This document shows positions 1 through 16,487 of a DNA stretch of 64,000 nucleotides, piece by piece. The stretch is from the human T2T-CHM13v2.0 reference genome, Homo sapiens. The stretch is taken from assembly GCF_009914755.1 (NCBI RefSeq), contig NC_060925.1; one strand, written 5' to 3'. The translations under genes and the position numbers were made by a program. Position 1 is the stretch's first letter. Every line of letters starts with the position of its first letter. Below the pieces are notes generated by a model that saw only the letters and a list, made by a program, of their open reading frames with translations, did not search any database and was not told the origin of the DNA.

Positions 1-1084
1 CCTGGTGACCCAGACATGCCAGAGATAAAAATGAACTATTTTCAATTGCACGCCATTGTGTAGGTTATTTGCTTTTTTAAAAGCAACTTTAACATTTAAT
101 TTATGACTAAGAGAAAGTTATGAAGCATGGAGGGGTGGGGGAAGCAGAGGCAAATAAAGAACATTAACTAAGAAATGAGTTTGATCAAAGACGAAACTGC
201 ATTTAAAGACCCTGGTTCCACCGCCTGAGCTGAAAGTCAGCCAAAAATAAATAGTGACAGATGAAGAGAAACTTTGATTGATACAATTGGTCTTATCTTC
301 AGATCTCAGAATTACTAGGAGTAATAGAAAATATGGAAGATTTTTATTAAGTGTGTAGAGAGACACTCCATCTTGCAAGTCTGATAGTTAAAAAAGTTGA
401 GTGTTTCCATGAGGATTTCAACTAACATTCGGGAATGTTTCTATTTATCAAAGAAAACTTCCAAGATGCTTCCTGCAAGATCTCCCTAATTGTTTTACTT
501 GTATGCCTAGCATTTACAATTGTCCATGCGTTCATTCAGACTTGTATGTGTTAAGCACATACAAGTCAGGCACTGCCTTAGTGTTTGGGGATATCCCAGG
601 GTAGACAAGTTAGCAAGTTTGCACTATTGTTCTCATACACACATCGTGTGCTCTTTCCATACGCTGCTCCAGTGGTCTTTGTTGAGCCGCATTACAGGAA
701 AGCCTAGATAAAGGAAAAGAACTTTTTCCTCTAACGTTATTCTAAATGGAAAACTCAACTCTTTTCATATTTCTTTTAAACTGATTTTTCCTGTGTATAA
801 AAGTGATAGACCTGAGCTGGTTCCACTGAAACATCTCACTTAAAATATACAAAATTTGCTTTAAATTAGCACTCACATTGATAGATTGAACAGGTAAAAA
901 CGGCTTTCATGTTGTAAGTATTCCATAAAGTGGGAGGGAGGAACGGAATGAGGAATAGATAGAGAGAGAAAGAGAATGGTTATTTGAGCCACCACGGGTG
1001 ATTATATATTCCTCTTTACTTAAACAACAACAAAAACTTCTCTAGAAAAGAGTTTGTCAAAAAAGCTCAACTTCTCTGATAATT

Positions 1085-2095
<1,011 letters not shown>

Positions 2096-5019
2096 AAATG
2101 AATCATTTTTCTTTGAATTGCGTAAAATAACAGGTTTATAACAGATGTAAAATCAGAATGTACTATTTCAGCCACTATCACGATAATTTTATACATCATG
2201 TGTTTTTAAGGAAGTTTTACTGGTATATGACCTGAAACATTTGAATACCTTCTGATCATTTAGAAGATTTAGAACACTCTAAGTAACAACGTATCCACAA
2301 TTACTAATATATGCTTGAAAATGTGACTGAGAAAGGCCATTTCATTATGTAGCTGGTAATAGATTAGGGTACAAGGAACAGCCAAGTTATCAATTTTATC
2401 CACTCACTTTAAGTACAGAAGGTTTTAAAAATAATTTTCAGACAAATTACCTTCTCTATTGATTGTTAATGCTTATGAAACAACGACTTTATCTTCCTCC
2501 TATTCAATTTGAACACCATTACCTAATTGCCACCATAACCTTCACAGTTGTCCAACCAGATATCAAGTTGTAGTGAGTTCTACATACGTTGCCTGTACTC
2601 AGGTAGTCTTTGATAAATATATAAAAAGGGGACATAGTATTCCATTCCTTTGTTCTTCTGCACACCTGGAGAGAATACTTAAATTTTATCAATACTATTT
2701 CCACATTGTCTTTTATTATACAGTCACATAAAAGTGATGATCCTATAAATTTATTTAAAACCCACTATTATTCTTTAGCAAGATACAGCTTTCGGGGCTT
2801 AGTGAGTACTGAAAAATCATAAAGCCATGTGAATATAAGCCTAGCATGAAAATACAGTTTGTGAGCTGGCTGTATTTTCCAAAGTTGTAATATATTCCAA
2901 AGGCTGCATAAAATGAGGGCTAGAAAGATGTTCATATTACTGCATTTGTGAAATGTGAAAATTTGTGAAAATTTGATCTATCACAATTTCTGGTTACTGT
3001 CAAGTAAATGAAATCAAAGGAGAAAGGCAGATCATGTGACATATTAATGGGAAAGAATAAACCTGAGGGTAACTTAGGTAAAGCACATAGAAATATTTCC
3101 TAATACACAGGGCTAGTAAACATTGTTTTGGGGAGAGTGGCAAAAAAAAAAAATCCTAGATAATATTTAATGAAACTGGAATCCCTGCCCTGGAATAAAA
3201 GAAAGCTATAGTGATCATTTAGGAGAAAAAATTTTAAAATGAATGAACAATGCATTGATAATGAACTATGTGCTATATTTCATTAAGAGCTAACATAAAA
3301 ACTAAAGACGCTCTGCAATATTCATACCAAGAAGAATCCTTGGAAGAAAAACTAAGGAAACAATTCTAGCTTTCAAATCTAGAGTTGCTGCTAAGTAAAC
3401 ATAAAGATTTACTCAAGAAGATCCCTGAAATAATTCCTAAAGAAAATGAAAGGTCTTTAGAAACCAGGAAAATAAGTGTTAACTTGAAGTCTGAGACCAC
3501 ATAGCTCGATATGTCTCTATAATTGTCTAATGTCCTTTAGGAACTTGTGGCTAATTAAAAAAAAATGGCTTCAGCGCAATCCTCATTTGTTTTCTGTTTA
3601 AATAGCGCAATCTATTAGGTTTCAATGTCTCTAACTTGAAAGAATTTTATTTCTTTTTCCTGAAAAAAGTTCTATTCTTTACCATAAAAAATGACAAGTA
3701 CAAGGTCAAATTCAAAGGTAATCTAATGACATGTCTGACTGTTCCTCTATCTAAATGAAATAAAACAGACACAGTCTCTTTTATAAAGGACCTAATAGAA
3801 TAAACCTAGTAAGCAGGAAACCATTTAGAGTAGTTGATTTGGCCTTGGTTTTAAAGGTGACCAGCATTCCTTGGTGTGTGGTAAGGTAACAATTGAATTG
3901 GTTTTATTCGCTAGCCTCCATAATGCTTTCTCTTGCAGTGTTTTTTGTATTATGCACCAATACATCCTTCTTCTTCCTCCCCTATTTATTAGTCACATGG
4001 TAACAGATGTGCATCCAATACCAGATGAATATACTGTTACTCACAGTGATTTTCTCTGCAACAATCTAGAAGCACGCATTGCCTTTGTCCTGGGACCTCG
4101 TATTTTTGGTGGCCAGGCCTTACAAAAGAATATATTACCAAGCTAGAAAACATTAAAAGAAATAGTGTGACATGTACTGTATGTACTAACTTTAAAAGGT
4201 CCTTTACTAATCTGATGCAAACAATTGGTGCTAAATACATGTTCATTGAATTAATGGTCATTATAAAATATAGCTCTTGCTGCCATTCTCATGAATAGAA
4301 TATACTTTCAAATTGCACCCTATTAAATCTTACATCAACTCTGCTATTCTTTTTTTTTCCCAGCTGAAATGTATTAACATATGCTGTACCATCACACAGG
4401 AGAAGCCTCAGTTCAAAAGTATTTCTCTCTCCTCATCTCTACCTGTTTTCAATGCCATCCTCTTCTACCCTTTGTCTATCAGTATCCACTTTACATTGTA
4501 TGAGGAAAACTGAGACCAGGCTTTTGCTTGGCAATATGTCACAAATATTAGACAATCATGGCCTTTTAAAAGAAAATTTTAGTATAGTTCTGACTTTTAT
4601 GAGAGTTGGTCCTCATTTTGGAATTAACGTTAGCTAGTATTGCTTTCTATTTGAGATCCTGCAGAAGTTACCTACTCTACAGAAGACGGTAGTGTTGGCA
4701 AAGCCAGTCAGGGAATGTTATGTTACGTGAAAACACTTGGACTTGTAAAACAAAATACCAATATTAATTGTCATCATTATTGCTTTTTTGGACTCTGCAC
4801 CAAACCTTGCAGGATATTTCATTTACCAGTATTTTTCTAAAATAATTCCAGATCACAGAGAAGCAGATTATACCAGCAAAGTACTTCTGTCATAAACTTT
4901 TAGAAAATTAGGAAAGTTTTTTTAAGTTTCATATATAAATGCTGAATTGCCCAAATAATCATTTTATTTTCTATATAATAACCAAAAAGGCAGGTTGTAT
5001 TTATGATTTGTTTTCTATA

Positions 5020-5185
5020 GAAGGCACTGTTCACATGCTTTAAATACTTATTTCTTTCCATAACTGTATGAGGTAAGTACTGTTATTGTCCTCTTTTATA
5101 GAAGAAACTGAAGGTCACTTGGCCTATGTCATGTAACTAAACAAGGGAGTTTACCCTCGAAGCCTTCAATTTTAACTGCTATATA
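5020..5185 (-). mobile_element. MIR SINE fragment
   Basis: Reverse-strand MIR core (tatgaggtaagtactgttattgtcctcttttatagaagaaactgaag...); boundaries approximate. Confidence 0.6.
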
Positions 5186-5309
5186 TCCGAAGTTATTCAT
5201 CAACCAATTGTTAGATGATAGGCACTGTGGTTTCGGCTGTCTGCAGTTTCATAATGATGTAGGTAGTATGGCTTTCTCTCTATTAATTCTGCCTGGGAAT
5301 ACGGGTGGC

Positions 5310-6740
5310 CTCTGGAGTTTATGGATTACTTTCTTAAACTGAAAAAAATTCTCAGTCCTTTTCTCTTCCAGTAATACCTCTGTCTAATCCTCTCTCAACT
5401 CTCCTATGGGACTCTAACACATACTAGAATTCTTCATTCTATGCTCTGTATTTTTACCTTTTCCTCCCTTCTTTCCATCTTTTTAGTTCTCAATGCTTTT
5501 TCTAAATGATTTCTCTGGCCTACCATCATCAATATTTTATGTCCTGTTAAATCTGTTCATTTTCTGAAGTTTTCTAAAAACGTGTGAGGTGGTATTTTTT
5601 CAAATGTTCTGTCACTTTTTATAGCTTCTGTTTCTTGCAGCTATTTTCAAACTTGTCTTTTAATTCTTTAATTATAGCAATAATAGTTTCAGTCCCCCTG
5701 ACTGATAATTCCAATATCCAAAAACTGTAGACCTGTCCCTTCTGACTGATGATTCTCCTGGTTTTCACACATAGTGCTTTGTGTGTGTTTTATTCAGGAG
5801 GATTCCTTGAGGCCTAGCATGGAAGTGCCTTCCTCCAGAGAGAATATATGTTGATTTCTGCCAGATTCCTAGAGGCACTAATTGTTTGGAATATTTTCAA
5901 ATCAAGTTCATAGATTAGAGATCCCTGGGCCACCAAAACAATGCATAGTGAAGGCTGCAAATCAGTAAAAATACCAGCCACAACTTTCATTTTTTCTTTT
6001 TCTCTCTTGCTCTTCAATGTGCCAGATTACTATGGTCTGAATGTTTTATCTTCTCACTCCTCATCCCACCTCAAAATAAATGTGTTGAAATTCTAACTTC
6101 AAGGTGATGAATTTGGTGGTGGAGACTTGGGAGGTGATGAGTGAATGTCCTTGTAAAAGAGGCCCAAAGGAGGGCATTTGCCCTTTCAACATGAGAGGGC
6201 ACAGATAGGAGTAAACGTGTATGAGGAAGTGGGCCCTCACATCGGATCTGCGGGTACCTTGATCTTGAACTTCCCAGACCTATCCCTGTGAGAAATAACT
6301 TTCTATTGTTTATAAGGCACTATTTTTTGATATTTTTCAATGCATCCCAAATAAACCAAGCGATACTCAATGCAATCCTCTGTAAGCAGAGGATAGAAGA
6401 GTAGAGATATGCTTATTACTGATTCCCTCATCTTTTGAGGATTGGGGCTTTTTGGGGCCCCAGCTCAACGTAGGTAGATAGTCTTTTGCAGTCCCTTGTT
6501 TGAAGACCCCCAAAGAGTCTGCCAAAACCATAGCTAGAATCTGACAGAAATCAAAAATACCCCTGTGGCAAAGGCAACTTAAGCACTACATTCTCAACTT
6601 GCTTCTCTGGATCCCCACCTTTTCATTGATTTTGTCCTGTAGACTTTACTATATTGTCATCCCTTAGATGTGCTTAAGAAAACGTTTTTAATACAGTATT
6701 TTTAGTTGTTTTCAGCATGAAAATCTCTCTGAATAATATA
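5310..6740 (-). mobile_element. Ancient L1M-type fragment, interrupted by a MaLR LTR
   Basis: T-rich decayed sequence resembling antisense L1 ORF1/5' region on both sides of the MLT1 LTR; boundaries approximate. Confidence 0.4.
6028..6362 (+). mobile_element. MLT1A-type MaLR solo LTR
   Basis: Starts tactatggtctgaatg (TG-terminus decayed); contains ccttgatcttgaacttcccag...ctgtgagaaataactttctattgtttataag typical of MLT1A/A0. Confidence 0.8.
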
Positions 6741-8029
6741 ACCTTTACTGAACTACTCAACATTCAACAATGTAACTAACCATTATTAAAAAGAGAGGTC
6801 CTGTAAACAATGGAGACAATGTCTCTTTCCCAATAGAGATTACATTCCAGTCAGAGTCATATCCAAAACAAGTAAATAAAAAGACAAAATAATTTTGAGT
6901 TATAATAAGAACTATGAAGAAATTCTAGAAAATGAGCTGAAAGAGATATTAATGAAGGGATGCATAGAAGGGAGATATTGAAAAACAGCTTAGTATTTTT
7001 CCTAAATTTCAAAGAAGTTTAAAAAGTTAACAATAGCATAGAAAGAAATTTAAGGTTATAGAGAAATTAAAGTTAAATTAAATGACAGGTGGCAAATGAC
7101 ATAGGCAACGAATGATTTCGGGTATTATTGAAAGAGGCCTGGATTGGGAATGGAGTTTCAAGAATGCGTCCCATGTATCATTTACCTGCTGAATGGTCTT
7201 GGGAAAGTCATCTAACCTATTCAATATAATTCAACCACTAATACCACTAAGTAACTGCACATTTGTTGTTTATCTAAAATACAAAATACTTTGTTAGGCA
7301 TTGGGTGGGAGTGGTCAGAGAGATGAGCAAAGCATGGTTCTTGCATTTCTTGCAATGTGGACCTACTATAAGGCTAAAAAGAAACTACATCGTAGAAACA
7401 TAGATTTAATTTAAAAAACAAAAAAAGAAAGAGAGAAAGAAGCTATATATACAAAATTCCATGTCTGCTAATCTGACTTTTAATACCAAGTCTGTAGCTT
7501 GTTTAAGCTTGAATAAATCTCCTAACCAAAAGATCTGATAATACAGGTTGAGGTAATGGTCTTAAATGTTCTATGGATTCTTCTTCCTCACCTTTCTACC
7601 ACTCACCTCACTGTAGGCTGGTGAGTGGTAGACCACTCACTAGAAGTGAGGAAAACAAGGAAGAAGAGAAGTTCTGAAACTTCATTCTTAAGGCAACCAG
7701 AAGAGTCCTGCTTTTATCCATTCTAATATTGAGTTTTCTTATAATATTAATATTTTATGAGCATGCGCAAAGAATGGTGCATGTAGCAAACGTTTGAAAC
7801 CCACTGATTGGTTAGTTGGTTTTGTTGAAAAACGTAAAAGAGTTATGAAAACTGTGTAAGACTGATGTTCATTCTACTGACTGAAGAAACTTGGGAGAGC
7901 TGCAGAATAACTGCAAATGGTCTGCACAAAAAGGCACGAACCAAATATTAGCCATTGGTATAACATATTGGTATTAAGGTGAAGATATGGATAGAGAAAG
8001 AGATGTAATACATGTATAGATATGCAATT

Positions 8030-8500
8030 TCAATTTTTAAGATACAAATGATTCATGCTTATGACAGGAAAGCTCAAATAGCATGATAGATAATAATGTG
8101 AACAGTAAATGCCCTCCCTCCTATCATTTGTTTCAATTTATTGCATATTCTTCCAGAATTTTTCCATACCTATCCTAATAGATTTATGTAGTTTTTCATA
8201 CAGAAAGGGAATTATACTGTACATTCCATATGGCAATTTGATCTTCTCTCTTAATATACCTTGGACATGTTTCTGTATCAGTACATATTGATCTACCATC
8301 TTCTTTTTTGGTACTGCAAAGTATTTCATTATATGAATGCAACAAAATTTATTTAACCAATCCACTGTGGATGGACATTCATTATGTTTTCATAACCTGT
8401 TTTCAATTGCTTTTCTATTGCAAAGATGCTGCCACACACACCCATTACATTAGCAGCTTTGAGTATATGTGGGAACTGCTTTTGCAGCTGCTGCGTCATG
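8030..8500 (-). mobile_element. L1ME-like 3' end fragment
   Basis: Antisense L1 3' motifs: agtatttcattatatgaatgc...atttatttaaccaatccactgtggatggacatt. Confidence 0.65.
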
Positions 8501-9414
8501 TATTTTCTCAATCAAAAGATAATTCAAATACAAACACTCATGGAAACTTTTGACACTTAAAGAAGATCCTCACACTAAAACCGTTTGGTAACTACTGAGT
8601 TAGAAATTCATTTTAAGCTTTAGTTTAGCATATGCTGTTTGAAGTGTAACAGGCAATCAAGTTTGTTAACAAATGAGATAAATAAATGCCCTTATCTGAA
8701 ACTCACCAAAATTGATTCATTGATGCAGCAAACTCATTTTTTGAGCACTTATCCAGTGCTCCGGACTGTTGATATAGGAGTGACATGTGGTTTGTGCTTG
8801 TGGCACTTGTGCTACAGAAGGCCTAGAGACTGCCGTGCTAACATCAATTGCAACACCACTGCAGCAAGTGCTGGCATAGAAGAGCTGCTCTGCGATTTTA
8901 CTATTGTAATGTAAACACTGAAAATATGAACTAGAGCTGCTGCTCTCTCTACCAATGTATGCAGTGCTTCTCTAGGCATTTGCAGGAACTGTTTTCTGTA
9001 GGGAAAACAAAGAGAATTTGGCAAATAAAATTCAGTTTGTATGTATTTTCCAATCATTTCCTATCTGTGGCTCACATATTTTTTTCTCTAAAATAAAGGA
9101 AGGATTTATCTTTCTATTTGTACCTCTCTAGCAAGTCCTCTGCTCCTTTATTTATCTTTAGGTGCCCTTTGAACACGGCAGAGGTTTATCCTTGCAAATG
9201 TCTGTCTATGGTAATTTCAGACTAACAACTGACAATTTAGCCACTTACACTTCACTCTCCAAACCTGTGCCTCACTAAATGCTACTTAGTGTCTTTTCTC
9301 TGGTCAAGAGACACCATTCTGGCTTTTTTTTCTGGAAATAAGAAATGGAGGCTATCTAGGCACAAGTATGTCACTCTGGTCAATGGAGTTTTGAAATGCA
9401 ATACATCTAATATA

Positions 9415-9662
9415 ATAAAAATATTAAGTACTACCATTTATTAAATCCTTACCATTATAAGTACTTTACCTACTATGTGCTTTATGTGTATCATCATATT
9501 TAATTTCCATAACAAGCATTATCTCCAGTTTACTTATGAGGAGCATGAAGCATGGGAGAACGTAAGTCACAAAATCATACGACTTGCAACGAATGAGCTC
9601 GATTTAAGTCCAGGTCTGTCTAATTCTATTGTCCATACTGTCAACCATTATACTGTACTGCC
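9415..9662 (-). mobile_element. MIR SINE
   Basis: Reverse MIR core: tttacttatgaggagcatgaagc...aagtccaggtctgtctaattcta...aaccattatactgtactgcc. Confidence 0.65.
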
Positions 9663-12175
9663 TCCACAGGTAAAGGGTGTTTTGAAATATGGATAATATT
9701 GCTATCTCTACACCATGTGTAAAAAAGCACCAAATATATGCCTCTCACACTTCCTCCTACCCCATCCCCACAAAAAAAAAAACAAAGAAGCAACATTTTC
9801 TGAGCTTAAAAAGAAACCTCCTGCCTGGATGCCATGAATAGAAATAAAGTTTATTTCGGGAGGAAGGTTTTGAATATATTTGAAATATTTAAGTTTTATA
9901 CCTGCCTTCCGGTGTAACTTTGCCGCCTTAGGGTCTTTATGGATACTAAGTCTCATCTATTTTTACCAATTTCTGCAAAATTATGCTGGAGGAACATGCT
10001 AATGCTAACAAAGGAGCCAGCTTGACAGAGCCCCAAGGAAGAAAAAAAAATTATCTATATTAGAGTAGTATTAGTCTAATCCTACATCCTAAAATGCCAT
10101 ACTTGGATTAACCACTCTCCATTAGATAAGCAGAAAATAAATTAGCAATGGAAGACTTGGCCCAACCTCTCTGCTGGAAGCATATTATTAAGAGACCATG
10201 CCCAATAGTATTAGGGAGATATGTGTTTGACTATGATCTTGAAATCCAATGGGAAATAGAGTGCCAACTGGCAAAGTTTCTTTTTATTAGTTCAGCCTCT
10301 CTTTCTTATGTAATGCAGGGTGGGTAAAACTATATATGTTTTATAAAGTCACTCATCTAGTATAGACTGTATCTATCACTGAGTTACAAAATCTCCTGCA
10401 AAATCTTGCTCTAATATAATCCATCTCAACTTATTGATTCACAATGTTTTTCTGAAAAATAATAATTGTAACTTTTTGTGCCCCATCCAACCAAACCATA
10501 CTTCCATAAAATTCCTTTCCTCTTTCACTGTTTGTACACACTCTTTTGATTGTTTGATAACATCTGCACATGAGAGTGTAAATTTCAACATTGTTGATGT
10601 TTCCAAATGGTTATAAGTTCCAGCTGTTTGTTCTTTTCTCTCCAATGGAGATCTAACATTACAAAGGAAAAGAGGAAAAAAGAAAATATAACTAGTTCCC
10701 TACTCTCTCATTAGAGAGGAGATAAATTGGATGGTAAAAATTCTATTAGCAATTATATTTTTTAGAAATCAGAAATTCTCAGCAAGCGATATTTAAACAT
10801 CCCCAGTTGCCTCTATCACTTTGGGGAAGGGATGAGATTGGTGAATAGAGCCTGGTTATGTAGAAGATTCAGATAACACACAAAACTCCATGCCCCAGGG
10901 AAAAAAAAAAAAAAAGCATTGTACATATGTAGAATGTCATGAGAGGCATTCAAGAACATTTATAAAGTAAAACACCAATTACTTCATACATGAGGCCCTC
11001 TACAGCTAACAGTTCCTGCTCTTATTGTTCTCTCAATAAATCCTGTGCCAGCTTAACTTTCTGGTAAGAAAATAAGATTCTACAAACTTCCTCTCCCTTT
11101 TTAATTACTTAAGCATTGTTGTCTTGTTTTAATTTAGCAGCAGGGAAGGAATGCCAATGAGAGGCATATGTGAATCAAGAGGTAGGAGGATGCTACCATG
11201 TAAGACCCCTATACGATCACCTAGCCAAAGTTTAATACTAAGAAAGGTTGTGCCAAATAAATGCATGAGGATAATAAACAAGGAATCTACACCATATAAT
11301 AAATAAACCTTAAACAACCAAATAATAGTTGAACATCTACTATGTTAATACTATTGCCTTGCTTTTTTTTTTTTTTTGCTTTTTTTTGCTTTTTTCTCCC
11401 AGAATGAGAGTAATTCATTGTTTTTCTGAATATGAAAGTATTAACATACTCATTATAGAATTTACTGATATTTGAAGGTAACAAGAAAAAAGATATCATC
11501 CATGATCCTAACACCTTTCAGGGAAAATATAAAACATTTTCACTTCTTTCTAGACTTTTACTGCATACATCAATATATAGATGTCTATTTTCTATTTTAA
11601 AATGGAATTACAATATGTAGTTGCCTGTTTTTAAAAAAAATGCAAGTTTGAGTAGCTCTACACTTTCTCCTATCAAAAATAATGGGTGCCATAGATTTCT
11701 TGTTAAGGATTTATCATTTATTATATATGTGTTATTATTTATTATAGATTCTGACTAATTGACAAATCTCTTATCCACTCTTCTATTTGAAAATATACAG
11801 TAAATTGTTATTTATAGTCACTATATGGTACTATAGAACACTAGAACTCATTCTTCCTATTTAGCTGTAATTTTGCCTCCATTAAACAAACTTTGTCTAT
11901 CCCCCCTCCTCCTGTACCCTTCCCAGCCTCTGGTAACCACTATTCTATCTTTACTTCCGTGAGATCAACTCTTTTGGCTTCTTCATCTGGGTGAGAACAT
12001 ATGGTATCTATCTTTTTGTGACTGGCTTATTTGATTTAATGTGATGTCCTCCAAGCTTATATATGTTGCCACAAATGACAGGATTTTATTCTGTTGTATG
12101 GTTGAATATTATTCCGTTGTGTATATATACCACATTTTCTTTATCCATTTATCTGCCATTGGGCACTTTGGTTGA

Positions 12176-12782
<607 letters not shown>

Positions 12783-14860
12783 TGATATCTCATTGTGGTT
12801 TTGATTTGCATCTCCCTTAGGATTAGTGATGTTGAGCATTTTTTCATATACTTCTTGGCCACTTGTATGTCTTTTTTTGAGAGAGATGCTTATTCAACTC
12901 ATTTACCTATTTTCAAATGAGATTATTTGGGGGTTTGTCAGGTTTTTGCTATTTAGTTGTTCGAGATCCTTGCATATTCTGGTTAGTAATAGTTTGTCAG
13001 ATGAATACTTTGTAAATATTTTCTCCCATTCTGCTAGTTGTCTCTTCACTTGGTGGATTGTTTCCTTTCTTTGCTGGGCAGTAGCATTTCAGTTTGATAT
13101 ATAACCCCGTTTGTCTATTCTTGCTGTGTTTTTGAGGTCTTTTCCATAAAATCTTTGTCCAGGCCAATGTCCTGAAGTGGTTTCCCTTATGTTTTCCTCT
13201 AGTAGTTTTATAGTTTCAGTGTTTACATTTAAATATTTAACCCATTTTGAGTCAGCTTTTGTATACAGTGAAGGATGGGGGTCTAGTTTCATTCTTCTGC
13301 ATATGAATATCCAGTTTCCCAGAACTATTTATTGAAGAGACTGACTTTTGTCTAATAAATGTTCTTAGCAACTTTGTCAAAAATCAGTTAGCCGTAAATA
13401 TGTGAATTTATTTCTAGGTTCTCTAGCTTGTTCTATTCGTCTGTGTGTCTGTTTTTATGCTAGTACCATGTTATTTAGCTTTGCAGTATATTTTGAAGTC
13501 AGATAGTGTGATGGTTCTGGCAATCCTTTCTGCTCAGGATTGCTTTGGTTATTCACAGTCTCTTGAGGTTCCATATTAATTTTAGGATTTTTTTCCTATG
13601 CAATGTCATTGCATTGCATTGAATCTATAGATCACTTTTGGTTGTATGGTCATTTTTACAATGTTAATTCTAATCCATGAGCATGGGAAGTCTTTCCATT
13701 TTTGCGTCCTCTACAATTTCTTTCATCAATGTTTTTAGTTCTCCTTGTAGAGATCTTTTACCTCTTTGGTTAAATGTATTCCCAGGTAATGATTTTGTAG
13801 CTATTGGATATGAGATTGCTTTCTTGATTTCTTTTTTCACTAGTTCATTGTTGGTGTATACAAATGCTATTGATTTTTGCATGTTAATTTTGTATCTTGC
13901 AACTTTACTAAATTTGGTTATTGGTTCTAACAGCTTTTTGTTAAGAGCTTTTAGGGTTTTCTGTATATATGACCATGTTCCCGCAAACAAGGAAAGTTTT
14001 ACTTAGTCTTTTCCTCTTTGGTTGCTCTTGTTTCCTTTCTTTTGCCTGATTCCTGTGGCTAGGACTTTCAGTACTATATTGAGCAAGAGTGGTGAGAGTG
14101 GGCATCCTTGTCATGTTCAAATTCTTAGAGAAAAAGCTTTCAGCTTTTCTCAGTTCAGATGTTAACTGTGGGTTTATCATATATGGTCTTTATCGTGTTG
14201 AGGTACATTCCTTCTATAACTAGTCTGTGAGGGGTTTTATAACGAAGGGATACTGAATTTTATCAAATGCTTTTTCTTCATCTATTAAGATTATTTATCC
14301 TGTTTATGTGATTTATCATGTTTATTGATTTGTGTATGTTGAATCATCCTTGCATCCCTGGGATAAATTCCACATGATCATGTTGAATAGCTTTTTCATG
14401 TGCTGCTGAATTTGGGTTGCTAGTATTTTGTTGAGGATTTTTGCATATATGTCTATCAGGGATGTTGGCCTCTAATGTTCTCTGATTGTTGTGTTCTTGT
14501 CTGATTTTGATATCGTAGTAATGTTAGCCTCATACAGTGATTTTGAAAGAATTCTTTCCTCTTCAGTTTTCTGAAAAGGTTTAAGAACAATTGGTATTCA
14601 TTCTCCTTTAAATCTTTGGTATAATTCAGCAGTGAAGCCATCAGGTCCTGTACTTTTATTTTTATTACTGATTCCATCTTGTTATTTGTGATTAATTTGG
14701 TCAGGTTTTCTATTTATTTTTGGTTTAATCTTGGTAGGTTGTATGTGTCCGGGAATTTATCCATTTCCACTAGGTTCTCCAACATGTTGGCACAGAGCTA
14801 TTCATAATGGTTTCTAATGATTCTTTGTATTTCTGTGGTATTAGTTATAATGTCTCCTTT

Positions 14861-15162
14861 TTTTTTTTTTTTTTTTTTTTTTGAGATGGAGTCTTGCTCT
14901 GTTGCACAGGCTGGAGTGCAGCTGTGCAATCTCTGCTCACTGCAACTCCGCCTCCCGGGTTCACGCCATTCTCCTGCCTCAGCCTCCCAAGTAGCTGAGA
15001 CTAGAGGCGCCCGCCACCACGCCAGACTAATTTCTTGCATTTTTAGTAGAGACGGGGTTTCACTGTGTTAGCCAGGATGGTCTCGATCTCCTGACCTCGT
15101 GATCCACCCACCTCGGCCTCCCAAAGTGCTGGGATTATAGGCATGAGCCACTGCGCCCAGCC
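14861..15162 (-). mobile_element. AluY inside the L1
   Basis: ttcacgccattctcc and ttagccaggatggtctcgatctc diagnostics; 16-bp TSD ttataatgtctccttt at 14845-14860 and 15164-15179. Confidence 0.95.
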
Positions 15163-16487
15163 CTTATAATGTCTCCTTTTTTGTTTCTGATTTTATTTAT
15201 TTGGGTCTTTTCTTTTTTAGATAATTGTTATTATTTGAATTCTTTTAAATTTGTTGAGACATTTGCAGCCTAACATGTGGTCTATGCTGAAGAATGTTTG
15301 ATGTGCTGATAAAAGGAATGTGTATTCTGCAGCTGTTGGATAAAAAGTTCTGTAAATGTCTGGTATTAGGTACATTTGGTGTAAAATGCAGTTTAAATCC
15401 AAGGTTTCTTGGTTGATTTTTTCGTCTAGATAATCTGTCCAGTGCTGAAAGTGGGATGTTGAAGTCCCCGACTATTATTGTACTCTAATCTGTCTCTCCC
15501 TTTAAGCTAATAACATTTGTTTTATATATCTGGTGCTTGGCTTCGGGGTGCATATATTTTTGTAATTGTTATATCCTCTTGCTGAATGGATCCCTTTATA
15601 TAATGACCTTCTTTGTCTCTTTTTACAGTTTTTTACCTAAAATCTATTTTATCTGATATAAGTATAGCTACTTCTGCTTACTTTTGGTTTCCATTTGCAT
15701 GGAATATCTTTTTCCATCCCTTCATTTTCAGTCTATTTGTGTCTTTACAGAGTGACATAAGTTTTTTTGCATATAGCTGAGTCATGTTTTTTTTTACATT
15801 CTGTCACTGTATAACTTTTAAGTAAGGAATGTAATTTGTTTACATTTAAGATTGTTATTGATAGGTGAGGACTTACTCCTGTCATTTTGTTGTTTCCTGG
15901 TTGTTTTTATACCTTTCATTTATTTTTCTTTTCTCCCATTTAAATCATTGCAGTTTGGTGGTTTTCTGTAATGAAAGTATTTGATTCTTTTCTCTTTTTT
16001 TCTCTATCGATCTGCTCTACCAGTGAATTTTATACTTTTGCATGTTTTTGTGGTGTGATTATCATCTTTTTCCTCCCATATGTAGGACTGTCTTAAGCAT
16101 TTCTTGCAAGGCTGGTCTGGTGGTGATGAATTCCCTCAGTTTTTGCTTGTCTGGGAAATACTTTATTTATCCCTCTTTCTGAAGGGTAGCTTTACTGAGT
16201 TTACTTCTTTGTTAGCAGTTGGTTTTTCTTTCCTTTTCTTCTTCTTTCAACACTTTGAATATATCACCCAATTCTCTCCTGGTCTATAAGACTTCTGCTG
16301 AGAAGTCTGCTGACAGTCTAATGGAGATTTTCTTACAGATGACTTGACACTTTTTTCTTACTGTTTTTAAAAATTCTCTCCTTGTCTTTTACTTTTGACA
16401 ACTTGACTATAATATGCCTTATAGAGAATCTTTGGGGTTGAATCTATTTGAGGAACTTTGAGCTTCCTGAATCTGAATGTCCATATC

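Noticed and set aside
13089-15402. Minus-strand ORFs resembling reverse transcriptase/endonuclease
   Set aside because: Broken fragments of L1 ORF2 with stops, frameshifts and insertions; not an active element
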